64,000 nucleotides of DNA, taken from the NCBI GenBank assembly GCA_016788295.1, contig JAEUSY010000021.1:1417-65416 (forward strand), written 5' to 3'. The stretch is from Flavobacteriales bacterium (GTDB lineage: Bacteria > Bacteroidota > Bacteroidia > Flavobacteriales_F > PHOS-HE28). The notes below the pieces were generated by a model, which ran no database searches, was not told the DNA's origin, and saw nothing but the letters and a program-made list of their open reading frames with translations. This document shows, piece after piece, positions 60,401 to 64,000 of this stretch (the first letter of the stretch is position 1; every line of letters begins with the position of its first letter). Made by a program: the position numbers and the translations under genes.

Positions 60401-63186
60401 GTGGCCCCTACACCTACGCGTGGACCCGTCCGGACAACAGCCCTGCTGGAACCGCCCAGACCCAGGCCGCTGATGCTGCTGGTACGTGGACCGTGCTGAT
60501 CACCGACAACTGCGGCGGCCAGGCCACCGCGACCACGGTGGTTGAACAGCGCCCTGTACCCACGGCCACGGCCAGCGCGAACATTGGTTGCATTGGACAG
60601 ACGCTACAGCTCACCGGCACCAGCAATGGAGCCAGCTTCAGCTGGACCGGCCCCAACGGCTTCGCCAGCACGGACCAGAACCCCAGCATCGCCGCCGCTA
60701 CGGCCGCTGCTGCAGGTAACTACGTGTTCACGGCCACGCTTAACGGCTGTGCTTCGGCTCCGAGCACAGTGGCTGTATCCATGAACCCGACGCCGGCTAT
60801 CGTTAGCACCACTGCCACACCGGCTCTGGTGTGCGAGGGTAGCAACAGCACCTTGCAGGTGAACCTGGCCGCGCCTTCGGCCTACTGTTCCACCTCATAC
60901 AGCACCGGCACAGGCTTCGGCGACTTCCTGTCATTGGTCAGCATCCCTGGCACTACGCTGAACAACAGCACCGGTGCATCGGCTGCGCCCTACTACACGC
61001 TGTTCCCGGCAGCCGGTTCCACAACGGCCACCCTTGCAGCAGGCACGAACTATACGCTGAATGCCATTGCAGGGTCCTACACGATCAACGATGTAGCGGT
61101 CTGGATCGACTACAACCAGGATGGCGTGTTCCAGGAACCAGGTGAGAAACTTGGTCAGGTGGACAACTTCGGCGCAGCACCGACCGTGGCAAGCATCAAC
61201 TTCACGGTTCCCCTTACAGCGCTTTCCGGAACCACGCGCATGCGTGTTCGTGAAGCGGACCAGGGTGTTACGAACGGCATGTCCGCTTGCGGCGCGCTCT
61301 CCTTCGGCGAGGTCGAGGACTATGTGGTCACCATTACGGGTGGCGCTAGCTTCGGCTATGCTTGGAGCGGTGGCACCTTCCAAGGTGGTATCAGCAACAC
61401 GCAGAGCGTAACGGCAACTGCCATCGGCACCACCACGGCCTACAGCGTGGAAGTGACCTCTGCTGCCGGTTGCGTAGCCACTGGCAACGTAACGGTGAAC
61501 GTGACCCCGCTGCCCGTTGTGGATTGCGGTGGCCCCTACCCCACCCTGTGCGTGGCCGATGCGAGCTTGCAGCTCAATGGCAGCCCTGCAGGTGGCACGT
61601 GGAGCGGTACCGGTGTTACCAGCGGTGGCCTCTTCAACCCTGCCTCCGGTACACAGACCCTCACCTACACGGTCACCCAGAGCGGCTGCTCCAACAGCTG
61701 CACGGTAACTGTGAACGTGAACAGCACGGACACCGATGGTGATGGCATTGCCGATTGCATCGACAACTGCCCGCTGATCGCAGGCCAGATCGGAAGCGCG
61801 TGCACCGTGCCCGGCTTCGTGATCGGTACGATCGATGCCAACTGCAACTGCGTGGGCCAGGCCTGCACCACCGACCTGGCGCTGCAGTTCCAGACCGATG
61901 CCAATGGTTTCCAGAACACCTGGGAACTGCGTACCTCCGGCTCCAACCTGTTGGTGCAGAGCGGTGGTGGCTGGTACCCCGGTGGCGCTGTGATCACCGA
62001 CAACACCTGCCTGCCTAACGGCTGCTTCTACCTACGCGTGTTCGACGCCGCCGGCGATGGTATGGTCAACGGTGGTTACATCCTGAGCACCGCCAGCGGT
62101 GATCGCATCATCGACAACCGCAACAACTTCAACAGCGGTAGCGTGAGCGCGGTGATCAACAATGGTGGCTTCTGCCTGCCTTTGGGTGGCGACAAGCTGA
62201 TCTACACCAGCTGCGACAAGCTCGATTGGGTGAACAACCAGTTCCTTGTGGCCGATGCCAACCCGGCAGTGAGCGCGCAATGGCAAGTGGGCAACCAAAC
62301 GGACGACGGTTACCAGTTCTGGATCTTCGATCCCAACGGCACCTACGGCTACACCAAGTTCCGCAACCACGCCACCAGCGATGGCTTCGGACCGGCCAGT
62401 GCCACCCGTGCCTGCCACATGCAGATCAACAACTGGAGCCCCAACCAGATCCCCACCAACGTGCTGATGAACGTGAAAGTGCGCAGCCGTGTGAACGGTA
62501 CCAACAGCGCATGGGGTCCGGTGTGCCGCTTCAAGATCGATCCGGTGCGTGCGGCCTGCCCCCTCACCAAGCTCATGGACATCCCCGGCAACCAGTTCTT
62601 CAGCTGCGGTGTTACCCGCAACTGGGGTAGCTCTGCTGCCGACAGGGTGGTGGCCAGGACCGTGGACGGAGCAACGCAGTACCAGTTCCGCTTCAACAAC
62701 TCTGAGCTGGCCGCTCCGGTGGTCCGCACCACGACCACCCCTGTGCTGCAGCTCAACTGGACGCCCGCCCTGCCCAATGGTACCTACCAGGTGCAGGTGC
62801 GTGCCTTCAAGAACGGTGCATGGTGCATTACCAGCCTGCCTTGGGGCGATGAGTGCAATGTGACCATTACGGGCAGCCCCGTTGGCCAGAGCATGAACCT
62901 CCAGGCCACTGGCAGCACCAGCGCTGCTGAACTGACCATGTTCCCCAACCCCAACCGTGGCGATCTGCTCACCCTGAGCCTGAGCGCTGTGAAGGAAGGT
63001 GTGAACACGGTAAGCGTGGACATCTACGACCTCACCGGTGCCGTGGTAAGCAGCCGTACCATCGCTGTGAACGATGGCATGGTGTACCAGGTGCTCGAGC
63101 TGAAAGAGATGGCCAGCGGCCTCTACATGGTGAACATCACCGCAGGCAACGAGCGCTACACCGAGCGCCTCGTGATCAGCAAGTGA
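54448..63186 (+). CDS. giant (~2,912 aa) T9SS cargo protein with three GEVED domains, Ig-like repeats, CUB-like module, conserved C-terminal module and Por_Secre_tail; paralogue of 45348..54035
   Basis: signal peptide '...LLAMAVTLLTALPSLAQ'; GEVED motifs 'YTWGEVEDYLVTI', 'YGYGETEDYLITI', 'SFGEVEDYVVTI'; C-terminal ~440 aa nearly identical to the first giant protein. Confidence 0.7.
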   Translation: MNCRTTRKPAAGRKRWWNGLLAMAVTLLTALPSLAQVSYSENFNASAGGWTGMGYFTGATACGGSGGAMRANLYSSVTTNSFVSPLVGTSQGGAMTITYDYKAMIWSANTDAQNPWGSFIVQYGATASGPWTNITTISEEAQTSGVCIPKSHSFTPPAGALYIRFASTWSSGDYYLNFDNITVSEQLAPCTEPISPGNTVASVATPCFNTNFTLSLSTPPVGSGLAYQWQRSADNTFASPTNLGTAATQVTSHASGDNFWYRCLVSCSGGAQVESTPLEVGTNSSVAQCGNYCTTNLYSTGTGAGDLISNVGISGTTLSNNTGFVAGTPSYTFYLPNPPSNTRTATLQAGSSYNVNVSTGEWGDQGFAVWIDYNDDGVFSTPSERIGATPGRIGAGFTPGQVNASASFPITLACNPPLGVHRMRVRCVYNLNGVSVDPCLNYTWGEVEDYLVTITAPDPCPAPSNLVAVVNGNSATLTWNTGCAETLWNVHVQPAGGGTPVVASDPGVGPTSSLVVNGLVSGTTYEFYVQADCIGDGTSSWAGPVQFAPPPLNNECTGVTPQTVGALGSATFNGNSTGATDTEGFGGLVVWEAFTLTECVQSLEVNYCGSNPARTVAYVNLFTSCPFGAQPFIGATSVLNDCPNGGRRHLYGNLSPGTYYIAISEGIAGGSGPYSVQVLPGASCPPPACVTTPNPANGGTACAGQAVTLSWPAVQYATGYDVVVDGNTVAINQPGTTFNAGILAAGPHTWSVVPQSAQGPATGCPTWNFTANVLGCYCASGAINTGDEEIYSVTVNGNTNGAGAADCGVTAPGSGSIAQRYANYFPLGPIFSVQKGVQATFNVQEDECDGAPYYPFGTAIWIDFDQNGVFSDATEKVFVEAATATGPRNVTGTFNVPMTALLGTTAMRVTVSEGNSGDLLTSCLSYGYGETEDYLITILPPPLPATALVSVVDDCNAATFDLSVDITSLGDGVSATIIYTVNGGSPTSVPANLGVNVLDNGGLGFAALDVVNIVVDNGTVSTADLGNYSSSCPIEITCGVTTTVNYCYQNNDTRSWTFTTPILAETITLSFVSGTMAPDDVIRVYDGTDNTGASLTSGNFASLVGVTATSFSNSIYIEVESNSTGSCYDGDPDASAWVFEVECTAGCTDPEGIVSVNNCDGTIAVEVLSVGDATSTSLSYSVNGGPATIVPGLVDFDIANIGPFTPGQSVQLFLLHETDGACNKNLGAFTIPSPPNISLTASASPSTICPNGSTQLSAAATTPVGNITNYQFSTLTGAVDAMAGATSLGVSGDDAQSALTNIGFPFIYEGNSFTQFSASSNGAVRLGAAVSTAYINTGAFLSNTLYALWDDHSANSVTTLLTGTAPNRIRIISLNLNISFGTASVVQVWLYEGSNAIEYRYGPAATTGSATVAVVGGSTANYQSVQSFASPTTSTSVRNDILNGWPGAGTVYRFAAPSVTATYSWSPATFLSDPNIANPVASGVTETTTYTVTAIANGCPFTTTVTVNVSPAIESAAITPEVASICTGTPVTLTAVPTGGLAPYTYAWTDPNGNPAGTASTQSATIGGTWTVVITDACGTSAAATRTATETPTPIVNISATAPICVGGAVTLTATSDQPGSTFVWTGAAPVGGSTADNVTISSLTTANNGTYSVAASAAGCTGTAAYALNVITPPNITSLTATPTAICAGTGTSQLNVTAPATGYTMSIGSFSTEACQATAGPSGDDGVIPAPGANIGFSFTYFGVTYTNFTISTNGNIQLGDGSGAANNPAYSNAWFETAIPNAAVPNNMIALAWDDWNASPGQITYGTIGVAPNRKLVVCFNNITGRGDGGSGTLNAQVVLEEGTNRIIMNQTTINSSSFKVQGLEDATGSAASFSIPGRNNDVNWSTTNETRIFTPIVFDYAWSPAANLTATNIANPVFGPVSAGSYPLSVNVSNQGCVSTGTVTVTAGEPMTAGQAEIVPANPFFCGATSVTLTANPLGGGGPYTYAWTRPDNSPAGTAQTQAADAAGTWTVLITDNCGGQATATTVVEQRPVPTATASANIGCIGQTLQLTGTSNGASFSWTGPNGFASTDQNPSIAAATAAAAGNYVFTATLNGCASAPSTVAVSMNPTPAIVSTTATPALVCEGSNSTLQVNLAAPSAYCSTSYSTGTGFGDFLSLVSIPGTTLNNSTGASAAPYYTLFPAAGSTTATLAAGTNYTLNAIAGSYTINDVAVWIDYNQDGVFQEPGEKLGQVDNFGAAPTVASINFTVPLTALSGTTRMRVREADQGVTNGMSACGALSFGEVEDYVVTITGGASFGYAWSGGTFQGGISNTQSVTATAIGTTTAYSVEVTSAAGCVATGNVTVNVTPLPVVDCGGPYPTLCVADASLQLNGSPAGGTWSGTGVTSGGLFNPASGTQTLTYTVTQSGCSNSCTVTVNVNSTDTDGDGIADCIDNCPLIAGQIGSACTVPGFVIGTIDANCNCVGQACTTDLALQFQTDANGFQNTWELRTSGSNLLVQSGGGWYPGGAVITDNTCLPNGCFYLRVFDAAGDGMVNGGYILSTASGDRIIDNRNNFNSGSVSAVINNGGFCLPLGGDKLIYTSCDKLDWVNNQFLVADANPAVSAQWQVGNQTDDGYQFWIFDPNGTYGYTKFRNHATSDGFGPASATRACHMQINNWSPNQIPTNVLMNVKVRSRVNGTNSAWGPVCRFKIDPVRAACPLTKLMDIPGNQFFSCGVTRNWGSSAADRVVARTVDGATQYQFRFNNSELAAPVVRTTTTPVLQLNWTPALPNGTYQVQVRAFKNGAWCITSLPWGDECNVTITGSPVGQSMNLQATGSTSAAELTMFPNPNRGDLLTLSLSAVKEGVNTVSVDIYDLTGAVVSSRTIAVNDGMVYQVLELKEMASGLYMVNITAGNERYTERLVISK

Positions 63187-63197
63187 GCTGAGCCGAC
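61863..63197 (+). repeat. copy 2 of the ~1.3 kb direct repeat (3' end of giant gene 2)
   Basis: see copy 1; identity falls to protein-level similarity upstream of about 62105. Confidence 0.8.
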
Positions 63198-63207
63198 CAA
63201 CTGAATG

Positions 63208-63240
63208 AAAAAGCCCCCGCCAATTGGCGGGGGCTTTTTC
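63208..63240 (+). terminator. strong rho-independent terminator after the second giant gene
   Basis: AAAAAGCCCCCGCC-aatt-GGCGGGGGCTTTTT, perfect 14-bp stem followed by a T-run. Confidence 0.8.
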
Positions 63241-63312
63241 GTTGTAACAAGCCAAGACCCATGCACACACTTCCGCGTGCGACCCTTGTAGCAGGAGCAC
63301 AGAAACAACGAA

Positions 63313-64000
63313 ATGCCGATCGCCATCGATGATGCGTCCCCAGCGCAACAGGAGAAGATCCGCACCTTGGGCGAGCAACTGGATACACACCGCAAACGCC
63401 AGCAAGCCCTACACCCCGAGTTGACCATGACGGGCATGTACAACGTGCTGGAACGGTTAAGGGAATTGGAAGATCGCGGATCCGCACAACCTGCATCGGG
63501 CGCACCTGTAGCGTCAACCCACCGGGTCGACCGTAACAGTGCGCCGTTGAACCCCAAGGAAAAGAAGATCTACGAGCAAGGCCTCGTCGGCATCCTCAAG
63601 CAACTGCACGACGAGTTGGACGCAGCCGTAGCCGACGCCTACGGTTGGCCCGACCTCGCAGCTTGTCACTCCGGGCTTGACCCGGAGTCGCTGAATGCCC
63701 AGATCCTCACCCGCCTCGTGGCCCTCAACGCCGAGCGCGCCGCCGAGGAAGCCAAGGGCCTGGTGCGCTGGCTGCGGCCGGAATATCAGAACCGGGGAGC
63801 AGGGGCAAGCGCAGGGGCAGGGGCAAGAGGCGAACAGACGGCGTTGGAGGTGGAGACCACTGCGGCGCCTGGTCCTGTATCCGCGCCGGGTGTGCGCGAG
63901 TGGCCGAAGGAGCTTCCTGCACAAGCGGCGGCGTTGCGTCAGTTGCTGAACGAGGTGGAAGCGCTGAGTACCTTGGAAGAGATCGCGACGCACTTCGGCA
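63313..64000 (+). CDS. partial ORF (3' end beyond the window) resembling the C-terminal region of type IIG/BREX-like DNA methyltransferases; possible gene remnant
   Basis: not in the ORF track (runs off the edge); hand translation MPIAIDDASPAQQEKIRTLGEQLDTHRKRQQALHPELTMTGMYNVLERLRELEDRG...KKIYEQGLVGILKQLHDELDAAVADAYGWPDL...; an in-frame stop at 63289-63291 precedes the ATG. Confidence 0.35.
   Translation, partial: MPIAIDDASPAQQEKIRTLGEQLDTHRKRQQALHPELTMTGMYNVLERLRELEDRGSAQPASGAPVASTHRVDRNSAPLNPKEKKIYEQGLVGILKQLHDELDAAVADAYGWPDLAACHSGLDPESLNAQILTRLVALNAERAAEEAKGLVRWLRPEYQNRGAGASAGAGARGEQTALEVETTAAPGPVSAPGVREWPKELPAQAAALRQLLNEVEALSTLEEIATHFG

Noticed and set aside
63810-63850. Short GC-rich tandem motif (GCAGGGGCAAG/GCAGGGGCA), considered as a possible repeat array
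   Set aside because: It has only 2-3 imperfect units and no spacer structure. It encodes a Gly/Ala low-complexity linker within the edge ORF, so it is not CRISPR-like.
63156-63993. Minus-strand ORFs 63156..63557 and 63514..63993
   Set aside because: They overlap the strong terminator and the plus-strand methyltransferase-like ORF. Their Arg/Cys-rich composition marks them as artefacts.
1-64000. Search for mobile elements, integrases, rRNA/tRNA and CRISPR repeats
   Set aside because: No transposase or integrase-like translation was found. No direct-repeat/spacer periodicity and no tRNA cloverleaf signatures were found in any intergenic region.

Overview
This window is a 64 kb high-GC (~60%) chromosomal segment with about 45 genes. 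Its gene content points to Bacteroidota: five proteins end in Por_Secre_tail-type T9SS C-terminal sorting domains, and DUF3667, DUF2490, Lacal_2735, GEVED and wHTH 'MIEQLNKAFDSRVRLGIM' families are present. I found no rRNA, tRNA, CRISPR array or transposase/integrase by eye.

Recognisable content:
- hipB-hipA toxin-antitoxin pair, co-directional with a DUF523 (TudS-like) gene and an Smr-domain gene.
- A DabA/DabB (DUF2309 + NuoL-like) inorganic-carbon pump, preceded by its own OmpR-type two-component system and facing a divergent SulP/STAS transporter.
- A six-gene translationally coupled operon of five uncharacterised polytopic membrane proteins plus one winged-helix regulator.
- A SiaB/SiaC-like (DUF6272 + DUF1987) partner-switch pair.
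- A 1024-aa ABC exporter with a long N-terminal extension.
- Housekeeping genes: dnaK, priA, panB, an rluA-family gene, yajQ, a ZIP transporter, an NhaC antiporter and an MFS fucose/glucose-type permease.
- Two tandem giant (~2,900 aa each) paralogous T9SS cargo proteins whose 3' ~1.1-1.3 kb are nearly identical at the nucleotide level, which suggests gene conversion.
- One small Lacal_2735-family gene that the ORF track missed.
- A partial ORF at the right edge that resembles the C-terminal region of type IIG/BREX-like DNA methyltransferases.

Many long antisense ORFs in the track are high-GC artefacts. All functional calls rest on remembered family signatures read from the translations. No database search was run.
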